A DNA stretch of 52,850 nucleotides from Patescibacteria group bacterium (GCA_030917065.1 JAUPVL010000033.1:1-52850); one strand, 5' to 3'. Shown: positions 35,594-44,757, counted from the first letter of the stretch. A program made the numbers and translations. Notes: generated by a model not told the origin, from the letters alone.

Positions 35594-36214
35594 ATGTTTT
35601 TAACTAACGATATAATTATTGGCATCAACGATTTCGCCGCTCAGATAATCGAGATATTGCCTCTGATCATAAGCGGCATATTACTGACAGTAGTAGGTAT
35701 ATTGGTAATAAAATTACTTTCTAGACTACTGGCGAAGTTTATTGACTACGTTAGAATATCACTGGGACTAAAAGAAATAATATTGATACTAGCTCGGGCA
35801 GGGCTATGGGTACTATTGACTATAGGCATACTTCAGATACTAGGCCTTTCGAACATGGCACTCGCACTTAGTGGATTTGTGGCTGCGTTTTCGATTGGTA
35901 TATCACAAGGATTTACCCATATGGTAGGCGATTTGGTAGCAGGTATACAGCTGGCAAATGACCAAGACTTCAGAGTAGGAGACAAAGTAGAGATTGGTCC
36001 AAGCGATATGCGGATAAAAGGATATATTGTAGAGATGGATACAAAAAAAACCAGAATCCTTGATGCCAATAAAAAACTACATGTCATACCAAACTCTGTA
36101 GTAGATAAAAATGAATGGACTATACTCGAGCAAGATGAAATAACACTTGTTCATCTCAACAGGAGTGATATAATAAAAGTAGTATCACATAAGATTAAAA
36201 AGGACAAAAAATAA
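35594..36214 (+). CDS. small-conductance mechanosensitive channel (MscS family)
   Basis: Three TM helices are followed by the beta domain FRVGDKVEIGPSDMRIKGYIVEMDTKKTRILDANKKLHVIPNSVV. Confidence 0.7.
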   Translation: MFLTNDIIIGINDFAAQIIEILPLIISGILLTVVGILVIKLLSRLLAKFIDYVRISLGLKEIILILARAGLWVLLTIGILQILGLSNMALALSGFVAAFSIGISQGFTHMVGDLVAGIQLANDQDFRVGDKVEIGPSDMRIKGYIVEMDTKKTRILDANKKLHVIPNSVVDKNEWTILEQDEITLVHLNRSDIIKVVSHKIKKDKK

Positions 36215-36486
36215 TGGATGCACTTACGATGGCGCTTCTGGTAGTAATGTCGATAGCCTTGATCATACTAATAACTTTTACAGTCATTTTCTTATATGTC
36301 ATGATAAAAGCTCTCAAGCAAGTACAGTTTGCTGCTGAAAAAGTCCAGGAAAGTGCTGACTCTGCTGCTGAGCTTGTAGATGAGGTGAGAAGAACTGTAG
36401 TAAATCCAGGCATTATAGCCGTCATGATAGAAAAGTATCTGCATGGACGATCAAAATCTAAAAAAAGGGGAAATGATAATGAATGA
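36214..36486 (+). CDS. DUF948-like membrane-anchored protein
   Basis: It has a TAATG overlap with the upstream gene. An N-terminal TM helix precedes an Ala/Glu-rich helix (QFAAEKVQESADSAAELVDEVRR), the arrangement seen next to YtxH-type genes. Confidence 0.5.
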   Translation: MDALTMALLVVMSIALIILITFTVIFLYVMIKALKQVQFAAEKVQESADSAAELVDEVRRTVVNPGIIAVMIEKYLHGRSKSKKRGNDNE

Positions 36487-36946
36487 AAAAAAAGGATTCT
36501 TTAAAGGAGTAGTAATAGGAGGTATTATAGGCTCTATTACAGCTCTACTGTTCGCTCCAAAATCCGGAGAAGAGCTGCGCGCTGATATCAAGAAGAAACT
36601 AGATGAAGCTAGTGCAGATCTATCTCACAAGACTCAAGAAGCTAAAAAAACTGCACAATCAGGAACAAAGGATCTCATAGAAAAAGCTGAAAGATTGCAG
36701 AAGATTCTCGATAAAAAAAGTGACGAGATATCAAAAAGTGGTAAGAAGGTCGGAAAAGTTACCGCCAGCGAAGCCAAGAATCTAGCGGCACAGGCGAGAG
36801 AATTATCTGCACAACTAGCCAACAGCACAAAGAAAGTAGTAGATACTTCAAAGAAAGAAGTAGAGCGTTTGCAAAAAAAATCAGCTCAAGAAAGAGCTAA
36901 AAAACAATACGTAGATAACACCAAATCTCCAGCAGACAAAAAATAA
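36479..36946 (+). CDS. YtxH domain general-stress-like protein
   Basis: GFFKGVVIGGIIGSITALLFAPKSGEELRADIKKKLDE is the YtxH signature, and the C-terminus is a Lys/Ala/Glu-rich coiled region. ATG 36479 lies 8 nt after GGGG. Confidence 0.7.
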   Translation: MNEKKGFFKGVVIGGIIGSITALLFAPKSGEELRADIKKKLDEASADLSHKTQEAKKTAQSGTKDLIEKAERLQKILDKKSDEISKSGKKVGKVTASEAKNLAAQARELSAQLANSTKKVVDTSKKEVERLQKKSAQERAKKQYVDNTKSPADKK

Positions 36947-36953
36947 GCTCTAT

Positions 36954-37205
36954 ATGGCTAGTAAGAAAAACAATCGTGAAATTCCAACAGAAATAGCCAA
37001 CGCAACCGGTCTCGACTCTATTACAGAGCTTATCAACAATAAAAGAAAACTATTCTGGCTGAATACAACCACGGGGTTTACAAGAGGTTTTTTTGGAGTT
37101 TTAGGTGCGGCATTTGCAGTTGTCTTGATTGGTTTTTTAGTAGCTCAGTTGGGTTGGCTCCCTGTTATAGGTGAGTTTCTTCAGAATCTAGGCGCAGCCA
37201 TTTAG
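36954..37205 (+). CDS. small membrane protein
   Basis: This 83-aa protein has one or two TM segments (FFGVLGAAFAVVLIGFLVAQLGWLPVIG). It is the third member of the DUF948/YtxH string. Confidence 0.5.
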   Translation: MASKKNNREIPTEIANATGLDSITELINNKRKLFWLNTTTGFTRGFFGVLGAAFAVVLIGFLVAQLGWLPVIGEFLQNLGAAI

Positions 37206-37296
37206 ATGTTCTAGTGACCTTAAAGCCTTTGTTCGATCTCAATATAGCGCCAGTAGCATAATTAGTTATGATAAAATTGTATTGAAGAGGTGAGTT

Positions 37297-40200
37297 ATAG
37301 ACAGTATAAACGTTGAGCATCTAAATCAGACGATTTTAAAAGCCCGTTCTCAAAAGGGGTTTGTTGATTTTGTTCACCTACACAATCACACCCACTACAG
37401 TTTGCTGGATGGATTACAGAAAATACCGCCTTTACTCGATCATGTTGAAGAGCTGGGGCAAACAGCTTGTGCCATCACTGACCATGGCAGTCTTTCGGGA
37501 GCAATAGAATTTTACAAAGCCTGCAAAAGTAGAGACATAAAACCCATCATAGGCATAGAGACATATGTGGCTCCTCGTACTCACAAAGATAAAAACAGTG
37601 CAGAAGACAGAAATCCATACCACTTGATTTTATTAGCCCAGAACTTAACTGGGTACAAAAATATCATGAAGCTTAGCACCATAGCAAACCTTGAGGGGTT
37701 TTATTATAAGCCGAGGGTTGATCATGATTTGCTGCAAAAATACAATGAAGGCATTATTTGTTTGTCAGGCTGTATTGGTGGTGAGGTAGGTACTCATTTG
37801 AACAACGACAATTACGAAGAAGCTAAAAAGATCGCCGAGTTCTATAAGGGAGTGTTTGGTAAGGATAGATATTATCTAGAGATGCAAGCGCACACCGATT
37901 GGGCACCACAAGTAAAGGTCAATAACGGATTGAAAAAACTAGCTAGTGAACTAGAACTAGATCTAGTTGTGACTGGTGACGCTCATTACACAAAGCCTGA
38001 AGATCATTATTCACACGATATATTGCTCTGCGTACAAACGGGCAGCACCGTGGAAGATCCAAATAGAATGCGTCTTGATCAAGATTTGAGTGTTCATTCG
38101 GGTGCAGAAATATTAGAGAAATTCAAAGATACTCCAGAGGCAATATCTAACACTGTAAAGATAGCCAAGATGTGTGATTTGGAAATAGAATTGGGTCAGA
38201 TACTAATACCGAGATTTCCAGATTTACCTAAGGGTGAAACAGAAAACAGCTACTTGCGCAAATTGGTGTATCAAGGTGCGGCCAATAGATATACAGATAT
38301 ACCTAAAGAAGATATACCAGACATATCTATCGGCAAAGTAGAAGATAAACTAACATCTAAAATAAAGGACAGGATAGAGTTTGAGTTGAGCGTAATATCT
38401 GATATGGGATATGAAGGCTATATGCTGATTGTCGCAGATTTAATCAACTGGAGTAAATCTCAAGGGATTATTTGCGGCCCAGGTAGGGGTTCGGCTGCTG
38501 GTAGTATCATCGCGTATGTAACAAATATTACCGAGATAGATCCCCTCAAATATGATCTACTTTTTGAGCGCTTTTTAAACCCAGACCGTATCAGTATGCC
38601 AGATATCGACATGGACTATGCAGACGATAGACGCGAAGAGGTCATAGCTTATGCTACGGAAAAATACGGAACTGAGAGAGTGGCTCAGATAATAACTTTT
38701 GGGATAATGGCCGCTCGAAATGCTGTGCGTGATACAGGTAGGGTTTTGGACATGCCCTATGGAGAAGTTGATGCGATAGCAAAGCTAATCCCTCCACCCA
38801 TACAAGGTAGACACATACCTTTGGAGAAATCCATAGTAGAGAGTCCAGAGCTTAAGTCGGAGTACGAGACCAACCAAAAGGCCAAGAAGATTATTGATAT
38901 AGCCATCAAGCTAGAGGGAACTATAAGAAACGCTGGTACACATGCTGCAGGAGTAGTTATAGCACCTGAAAATCTGGTCGAATACGTACCCCTGACTCGA
39001 GCCAGCAAAGGGGGTGTGGCTACTCAATACTCCATGAATCCGGTTGAAGATCTTGGGTTGCTCAAGTTTGATTTTTTAGGTCTGTCAAACTTAACAATAC
39101 TAAAAAACACTCTAAGAATTATCAAAAAAGTTAATAACATCAATCTCGAGATTACTGACATACCTATAGACGACAAGAAGACTTATCAGTTGCTTAGCTC
39201 GGGGGATACTACTGGCGTCTTTCAGTTGGAGTCGTCTGGTATGAAGCGCTACATCAGAGACCTAAAGCCTGATAGATTCGAAGATATTATCGCTATGGTT
39301 GCGCTATATAGGCCAGGCCCAATGCAATGGATAGAAGATTTTATCAACAGAAAACACAATCCTGAGCTTATCTCTTATGGTCATCCTAAGATGAAAAAAG
39401 CTCTTCAGAATACATATGGTATCATCGTATATCAAGAACAAGTCATGCAAATCGCTAAAGATCTTTGTGGTTTCACTGGTGGGCAGGCCGATACATTGCG
39501 TAAGGGTATAGGTAAAAAAATACCCGAAGTTATAGCCAAGATGAAAAAAGACTTTATAGATGGTGCTTTGCAAACATCCCAAGTAGAACCAAAGTTTATT
39601 GAGGATTTATGGAAGAGTATAGAAGATTTTGCCGCTTATTGCTTCAATAAGTCTCACGCAGCTTGCTACGCTCTAATAGCAGTACAGACAGCATATCTAA
39701 AAGCGCATTATCCCTCTGCATTTATGGCAGCTATCATGACGAGCGATCATGAAAACTTAGATAGAATAGCCATAGAAGTGGCAGAGTGCCGCAAGATGGG
39801 CATTGAACTGTTGCCTCCAGATATCAACGAGAGCTATTCAGAGTTTGCGATAGTACCCGACACCAACAATATTCGTTTTGGGTTGGGGGCTGTAAAAAAT
39901 GTTGGGCAAGGTCCTATCGAAAAAATACTAGAAGCACGTTCTGAGGGTGGCAAGTTTACTAACCTCGAAGATTTTTGTAAGAGAGTAGATGCAACAGTAA
40001 TAAACAAAAAAGTCATGGAATCGCTAATAAAATGCGGTGCCTTTGATTCGTTAGGCAACCGAGATACCTTGCTAAACAATATACCAATTATTACTAGCTA
40101 TGCATCGAGAGTTCAGAAAAACGCCCTGAGTGGCCAGATTGATATATTTGGCACCAGCGGTATGACAAATGAAGTACCACCGCTTGCTCTAGAGCCTCCA

Positions 40201-40953
40201 CGACAAAAGCCAGACCCCAGATCTCACCTGATGTGGGAAAGAGAGCTACTTGGTCTGTTTATCAGTAGCCATCCTTTGGATGACTTTAGAAATTACTTAG
40301 AATTCAAGACACAGTCTATTAAGAGCTTCAATAGCTCAAATGACTCCAGCCCTATAACGGTAGGCGGTATTATTACGGCAGTTCGACAGATATATACTCG
40401 CAACAATGATGCCATGGCATTTGTAAAGATCGAATCATTAGACGCCGAACTAGAGATAGTGGTATTTCCTAGAGTCTACGAAAAATACAAAGAAGCTTGG
40501 ACGGTAGACAACGTGGTGGAGGTCAAGGGAAAAATCAATGCTCGAGATAGAGATGGCAAGCCAACTGATGATATCAAGGTATTGGCTGACGGTGTTAAAA
40601 TACTGAGTCCCGAAACAGCCAAACATTACCCAGCCCAACCCAAAAAAGATAATAGTGTTGTGGCTGAAGAAAACGAGCAAAAAGAATTGCAAATTGAGCC
40701 TGGTGCATCAGACCTAAAATCTGTAATTTTTAAATTGCCTACACCGAGCAATCCAAAAGTACTTGTGGAGATAAAAAAACTTCTTAAAGTCCATGAAGGG
40801 CAAGTCTCTCTATTTCTTAGCTTTGAAGGCCAAAATAAGAAGCTTAAATTACCTGGCGGAGTTAGCGGTAACGAAGACTTTATAAAATCAGCTCAAGATA
40901 TTGTAGGCAAAAACAATGTTGTTTTAGAAGAATCTGTCACAAAGATTAGCTAG
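37297..40953 (+). CDS. dnaE: DNA polymerase III alpha subunit
   Basis: The reading frame is open from 37294. The PHP N-terminus FVHLHNHTHYSLLDG is encoded at 37369-37413, upstream of the first canonical start (TTG 37402). The polymerase core, HhH and OB-fold regions follow. The start assignment (ATA 37297 after AGAGG, or ATT 37333) is tentative. Confidence 0.9.
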   Translation: MDSINVEHLNQTILKARSQKGFVDFVHLHNHTHYSLLDGLQKIPPLLDHVEELGQTACAITDHGSLSGAIEFYKACKSRDIKPIIGIETYVAPRTHKDKNSAEDRNPYHLILLAQNLTGYKNIMKLSTIANLEGFYYKPRVDHDLLQKYNEGIICLSGCIGGEVGTHLNNDNYEEAKKIAEFYKGVFGKDRYYLEMQAHTDWAPQVKVNNGLKKLASELELDLVVTGDAHYTKPEDHYSHDILLCVQTGSTVEDPNRMRLDQDLSVHSGAEILEKFKDTPEAISNTVKIAKMCDLEIELGQILIPRFPDLPKGETENSYLRKLVYQGAANRYTDIPKEDIPDISIGKVEDKLTSKIKDRIEFELSVISDMGYEGYMLIVADLINWSKSQGIICGPGRGSAAGSIIAYVTNITEIDPLKYDLLFERFLNPDRISMPDIDMDYADDRREEVIAYATEKYGTERVAQIITFGIMAARNAVRDTGRVLDMPYGEVDAIAKLIPPPIQGRHIPLEKSIVESPELKSEYETNQKAKKIIDIAIKLEGTIRNAGTHAAGVVIAPENLVEYVPLTRASKGGVATQYSMNPVEDLGLLKFDFLGLSNLTILKNTLRIIKKVNNINLEITDIPIDDKKTYQLLSSGDTTGVFQLESSGMKRYIRDLKPDRFEDIIAMVALYRPGPMQWIEDFINRKHNPELISYGHPKMKKALQNTYGIIVYQEQVMQIAKDLCGFTGGQADTLRKGIGKKIPEVIAKMKKDFIDGALQTSQVEPKFIEDLWKSIEDFAAYCFNKSHAACYALIAVQTAYLKAHYPSAFMAAIMTSDHENLDRIAIEVAECRKMGIELLPPDINESYSEFAIVPDTNNIRFGLGAVKNVGQGPIEKILEARSEGGKFTNLEDFCKRVDATVINKKVMESLIKCGAFDSLGNRDTLLNNIPIITSYASRVQKNALSGQIDIFGTSGMTNEVPPLALEPPRQKPDPRSHLMWERELLGLFISSHPLDDFRNYLEFKTQSIKSFNSSNDSSPITVGGIITAVRQIYTRNNDAMAFVKIESLDAELEIVVFPRVYEKYKEAWTVDNVVEVKGKINARDRDGKPTDDIKVLADGVKILSPETAKHYPAQPKKDNSVVAEENEQKELQIEPGASDLKSVIFKLPTPSNPKVLVEIKKLLKVHEGQVSLFLSFEGQNKKLKLPGGVSGNEDFIKSAQDIVGKNNVVLEESVTKIS

Positions 40954-41021
40954 CAGTCTGTAGCCATATAGTAAATATAATACTTGCAGATAATAGGTGA
41001 TTATGATAGACTAATTGAATT

Positions 41022-41684
41022 ATGAACGCTATAGCAAATCTAGAATCCAGCCAGAAAAAAACAAAGTTGCCATCTATCAATGTTGGCGACACTGTTAAGA
41101 TACACCAAAGAATTACAGAAGGTAAGAAAAGTCGTGTCCAGATTTTTGAAGGGCTAGTTATCCGCTATAGAAAAACAAATAGTCTTCAAGCATTTATTAC
41201 TGTCCGAAAGATTGCATCAGGAGTAGGCGTTGAAAAAAGCTGGTTTGTTCATAATCCTACCATCGAAAAGATACAAGTAGTCAAAAGAAGTAAAGTTCGT
41301 AGAGCCTTCTTGAGCTATATGCGAGATCGTCGCGGTAAGTCAGCTCGTCTAGCTGAAATGGGATTTGATCGTGACAAGGCCAATGAATCTGATCACAGAA
41401 CCAAGCAACAATTAGAACTTGAGGAACAAGAAAAAATCTCTAAAGAGGTTGAAAAAGATGCCGATACGGATGCTCAAGACGATGTAATGAATCAGCCCGA
41501 CACTCAAAGTACCGAATCAGAAGCCAAGAAAGAGGTTAAAGCAGCAAAATCTGAAGACCCTAGCTCAGCTGATGACGATGAACCAACAACCGCACCAGAA
41601 CAAGAGAAGGTTAATGCATCCGGCAATGACGAGCAACAACTCGCCGCCGAAGAAGCTCAAGAAGGCGTAGATAAGAAAAAATAA
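41022..41684 (+). CDS. rplS: 50S ribosomal protein L19 with ~100-aa acidic C-terminal tail
   Basis: The L19 core reads LPSINVGDTVKIHQRITEGKKSRVQIFEGLVIRYRK...IEKIQVVKRSKVRRAFLSYMRDRRGKSARL. A low-complexity Asp/Glu/Gln/Lys tail follows. Confidence 0.9.
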   Translation: MNAIANLESSQKKTKLPSINVGDTVKIHQRITEGKKSRVQIFEGLVIRYRKTNSLQAFITVRKIASGVGVEKSWFVHNPTIEKIQVVKRSKVRRAFLSYMRDRRGKSARLAEMGFDRDKANESDHRTKQQLELEEQEKISKEVEKDADTDAQDDVMNQPDTQSTESEAKKEVKAAKSEDPSSADDDEPTTAPEQEKVNASGNDEQQLAAEEAQEGVDKKK

Positions 41685-41700
41685 CCAAGCTAGAACACAC

Positions 41701-41731
41701 AAAAAAACCCCACATTTTGAGGGGCTTTTTT
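41701..41731. terminator. weak terminator-like hairpin after rplS
   Basis: The sequence is aaaaaaacccc-acattttga-ggggctttttt. It has only a 4-bp GC stem, flanked by complementary A and T runs. Confidence 0.35.
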
Positions 41732-41824
41732 GTTGTTAGATGCTAAATTTACATTGATATAAATTAACCCCTCCTGCGAAGGAAGGGTATCGTTCAAGAA
41801 ACGCTAGGGGATCGGTATCTTAAA

Positions 41825-42190
41825 TCAGCTGGGCTGATTACGGAACCTTAGTAGAGTTGCCTCATCTGACTCGCTAAGTACACGTTCGAGTATTTGCACT
41901 AGTCCTACCGAGTGAGCGATCTGACACCATACCTTCCAGCCTGCTAGACCCTCGTTTGCCGGTACATCTACAACCAAGAAGAGTTCGGAATTAGTGGGAT
42001 TGAGACTATGCGCCGGGTCTAGAACGTACCCTTCGTCTATAAGCTCTTTTAGGTAGTCGTATAGATATTCTACTGGGTACTCTCCACAACCTTCGGTTGT
42101 GCTAACAGGCCCATAACTGCCTTCGGTGTTCTTGAATGCAATGAAGGTAGAGAGCACAAAAGTATCTTTGACTACTGATGTATCGGTCAT
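41825..42190 (-). CDS. hypothetical protein (orphan, cytosolic)
   Basis: ATG 42190 follows AAGAGGAG, so the longer ORF to 42244 is unlikely. The 121-aa protein has no recognised motif. Confidence 0.55.
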   Translation of the reverse strand: MTDTSVVKDTFVLSTFIAFKNTEGSYGPVSTTEGCGEYPVEYLYDYLKELIDEGYVLDPAHSLNPTNSELFLVVDVPANEGLAGWKVWCQIAHSVGLVQILERVLSESDEATLLRFRNQPS

Positions 42191-42415
42191 GACGCTCCTC
42201 TTGCAGATTTGTAAGTACAGCTTTGAACCAATACATATTGCCACAAATACAGTTAATAGTCAATATACGACATATAATCTGGTGATTATCCTCAATAGAG
42301 TAGTGAAATAAATAATAGATGTGGTAATGTTTCACACTACCAAGTGATTATTGCTTATGTGTAATTAATTTTGCATCGAAAAAAGTTGATATAAGAATTA
42401 TTTGTGAAATAATTA

Positions 42416-42435
42416 ATCCTCGATTTCTCGAGGAT
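42416..42435 (-). terminator. hairpin downstream of the 2-TM orphan gene
   Basis: A perfect 8-bp stem (atcctcga / tcgaggat) carries loop tttc. It lies 20 nt past the stop at 42456 and is followed on the minus strand by an A/T-rich run. Confidence 0.45.
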
Positions 42436-42455
42436 CATATGCTACCCATTGCGGG

Positions 42456-42833
42456 TCATTCTGAGACTGTGTCTATCAAGAACAATTCCGCTTCGAGCAA
42501 CATTATTTCGTTGCAAGCCCTTTCTTGAGAGTTCTCGAACCTCACCAATTTGCGATGAGAAAAAAGAGACAGACCCAACCCTGATAGGCTAGCTCCAAAG
42601 GTTACAATTGAGAAGATAAAACACCAGAATCCCCTGTCATCACCAGTAGAAATTCTGAATGCGAAGATCCACATGACTGTAGAGATGAGAAACAGAACTA
42701 TCGCGACTATAAAGCAGGTATTTCTAATAGTCGCAGCAAAATTCCCCGCGTACTCGAGTCCTTCGCATTCGAGCCGTCTATCTGCTAGCTGGTCTCTGAG
42801 CCTCTTGGATGTTTCCTCTGTCTCAAAGGACAT
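42456..42833 (-). CDS. hypothetical 2-TM membrane protein (orphan)
   Basis: This 125-aa protein has a charged N-terminus, two TM helices (FIVAIVLFLISTVMWIFAF and FWCFIFSIVTFGASLSGLGLSLF) and a charged C-terminus. Confidence 0.55.
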   Translation of the reverse strand: MSFETEETSKRLRDQLADRRLECEGLEYAGNFAATIRNTCFIVAIVLFLISTVMWIFAFRISTGDDRGFWCFIFSIVTFGASLSGLGLSLFSHRKLVRFENSQERACNEIMLLEAELFLIDTVSE

Positions 42834-42944
42834 CTTACTCTCCCCCTGGGTATTGAATAAGTCGTAATTATATTAGTCCAAAAATGTGTAAATATCAATT
42901 ACTTGTGCTTGCAGGGCCTAAGGGTCTAGAGTGAGAATAATACT

Positions 42945-43304
42945 ATGAGCAAGAACACCACAGCAGTTGGTAATAGAGCAGAAACACTAGCGTGTGAATA
43001 TTTATTGTCAAATAGATACAAAATAATTGAGCGAAATTATAAAGATAGATTTTGCGAGATCGACATTGTCGCCAAGCACAAAGATACTATTGCATTTGTA
43101 GAGGTGAAGTATAGAGCAAGTGCAGATTTTGGCGGTGCTATCGGCTCTGTTACTCCCACAAAACTTAAGCGTATGCAAAACTCTGCTCAGTATTGGCTGG
43201 CAAAGCATGAAGACTATATGGACTATCAGCCACGCCTTGATGTCATTACTATAGTTGGTGATATTAATTTTCCTGAAATAGCACATATAGAAAATGTTAA
43301 TTAG
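42945..43304 (+). CDS. yraN: YraN family (UPF0102) endonuclease-like protein
   Basis: GNRAETLACEYLLSNRYKIIERNYKDRFCEIDIVAKHKDTIAFVEVKYR matches the UPF0102 pattern (G...E..A..yL...Gy.il.rN.r...GEiDli...........FVEVK.R). Confidence 0.8.
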   Translation: MSKNTTAVGNRAETLACEYLLSNRYKIIERNYKDRFCEIDIVAKHKDTIAFVEVKYRASADFGGAIGSVTPTKLKRMQNSAQYWLAKHEDYMDYQPRLDVITIVGDINFPEIAHIENVN

Positions 43305-43324
43305 CACTCTTGACACTAGAGTGC
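43304..43324 (+). terminator. hairpin at the yraN stop
   Basis: A 7-bp stem (gcactct / agagtgc) carries a 7-nt loop. It starts at the last base of the TAG stop and is followed by tagttttat. Confidence 0.45.
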
Positions 43325-43384
43325 TAGTTTTATATACTATTTTATATAGTCTAATAGATAAACTTAGGGTATAATAAAACCGTA

Positions 43385-43423
43385 GTCGATGGAGTAACAA
43401 AAATAAAACCCACCGACTTTTTT
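43385..43423 (+). promoter_or_regulatory. terminator-like hairpin in the nusA leader
   Basis: TATAAT lies at 43370-43375. The stem then pairs gtcgatgg (43385-43392) with ccaccgac (43410-43417), 8 bp with 1 mismatch, followed by TTTTTT (43418-43423). It lies 60 nt upstream of the nusA ATG. Confidence 0.4.
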
Positions 43424-43482
43424 GTTCACAGAGACCAAACCTAGTCCACACAATTTAATAGAGAAAAGGAAATTATAAAATT

Positions 43483-44757
43483 ATGCAAAGCCAATTCGTA
43501 ACAGCCATAGAACAGATATGCGAAGAAAAAGGAATCAGTAAAGATTCTGTTATTGAGGCTATAGAAGCTGCTCTTATTGCAGCTTACAAAAAAGACTTCG
43601 GAGACAAAGATCAGGAAGTACGAGTAACTCTCGATAATGACACTGGCGAAGCCAGAATATTCGTATCTAAAGAAGTAGTCAAGGAAGTTCAAGAAGGATT
43701 TGAAATGCTACAAATCTCACTAGCAGACGCTAGTAAGCTAGATTCAAAGGCCAAGCTAGGTGAAATGGTAGAATATGAAGAAGACAACAAAGAATTTGGT
43801 AGAGTTGCAGCGCAGACAGCCAAACAAGTGATAATGCAAAGAATACGAGAAGCCGAGCGCGAAGTGGTATTCTCAGAATTTTCAGACAAAGAAGGTCAGA
43901 TCATATCAAGTACTGTTCAGCGTGTAGAAAGAGGTAATGTATATATCGACCTGGGGCACGCCGTAGGCGTACTATTCCCAAATGATCAGTTACCCAATGA
44001 AAGATATTACACTGGTCAAAGAGTCAAGGTATATGTAGTACGCGTAGAGCAAACTCAACGAGGGCCACAGATAGTAGTCAGTCGAACACATCCAGAAATG
44101 ATACGTAGACTTTTTGAGATGGAAGTACCAGAAATATCAAATGATAGTGTAGAGATAGTAGCTATTGCAAGAGAAGCAGGTATGCGTACCAAGATAGCAG
44201 TCAAAAGCAATATTGACGGCGTAGACCCAGTAGGAACATTCGTGGGAGGTAGAGGAAGTAGAGTGCAGGCCGTCATGAATGAAATAGGTGAAGAAAAAAT
44301 CGATATCATACCATATAGCGAAGATCCTGTAGAATACATCTCTTCAGCTCTGTCACCTACCAAAGTTATCAGCGTTAAAGTAGATGACGACGAGAAAAAA
44401 GCTGTTGTCAAAGTACCTGAAGATCAGCTGAGTCTTGCTATCGGCAAATCAGGACAAAACGTGCGACTTGCTGCCAAGCTGACTGGTTGGAACGTAGATA
44501 TTGATGGAGCAGACGAGTCAGGTATAGAAGAAACTGCAGAGGCTGTTCAGGACGAGCCTAAGACAATCAAGACCAAAGACTTGGAAGAATCTTTGATATC
44601 AGCAGCAACTACGACTGAAACTGACTCTGAAGGCAGCAAGGAAAAAACTACAGAAGAATCTAGTAAGAAAGAAGTAGCAGAAGAGTCAGAAGACGATAAT
44701 GATAAAAATACCGAAGATCAACAGAAGCCAGAGCCAAAAGGCGATATAAAAGACTAA
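43483..44757 (+). CDS. nusA: transcription termination/antitermination factor NusA with acidic C-terminal tail
   Basis: The N-terminal domain (IEQICEEKGISKDSVIEAIEAAL) is followed by an S1 domain and two KH domains (RGSRVQAVMNEIGEEKIDII and AIGKSGQNVRLAAKLTGWNVDI). An Asp/Glu/Lys-rich tail of ~80 aa follows. Confidence 0.9.
   Translation: MQSQFVTAIEQICEEKGISKDSVIEAIEAALIAAYKKDFGDKDQEVRVTLDNDTGEARIFVSKEVVKEVQEGFEMLQISLADASKLDSKAKLGEMVEYEEDNKEFGRVAAQTAKQVIMQRIREAEREVVFSEFSDKEGQIISSTVQRVERGNVYIDLGHAVGVLFPNDQLPNERYYTGQRVKVYVVRVEQTQRGPQIVVSRTHPEMIRRLFEMEVPEISNDSVEIVAIAREAGMRTKIAVKSNIDGVDPVGTFVGGRGSRVQAVMNEIGEEKIDIIPYSEDPVEYISSALSPTKVISVKVDDDEKKAVVKVPEDQLSLAIGKSGQNVRLAAKLTGWNVDIDGADESGIEETAEAVQDEPKTIKTKDLEESLISAATTTETDSEGSKEKTTEESSKKEVAEESEDDNDKNTEDQQKPEPKGDIKD

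Noticed and set aside
42102-42335. ORFs 42102..42335 (-) and 42126..42311 (+) in the rplS-yraN islet.
   Set aside because: They overlap the SD-supported 41825..42190 gene or lie in its A/T-rich promoter region. Their translations are low-complexity and no start context is present.
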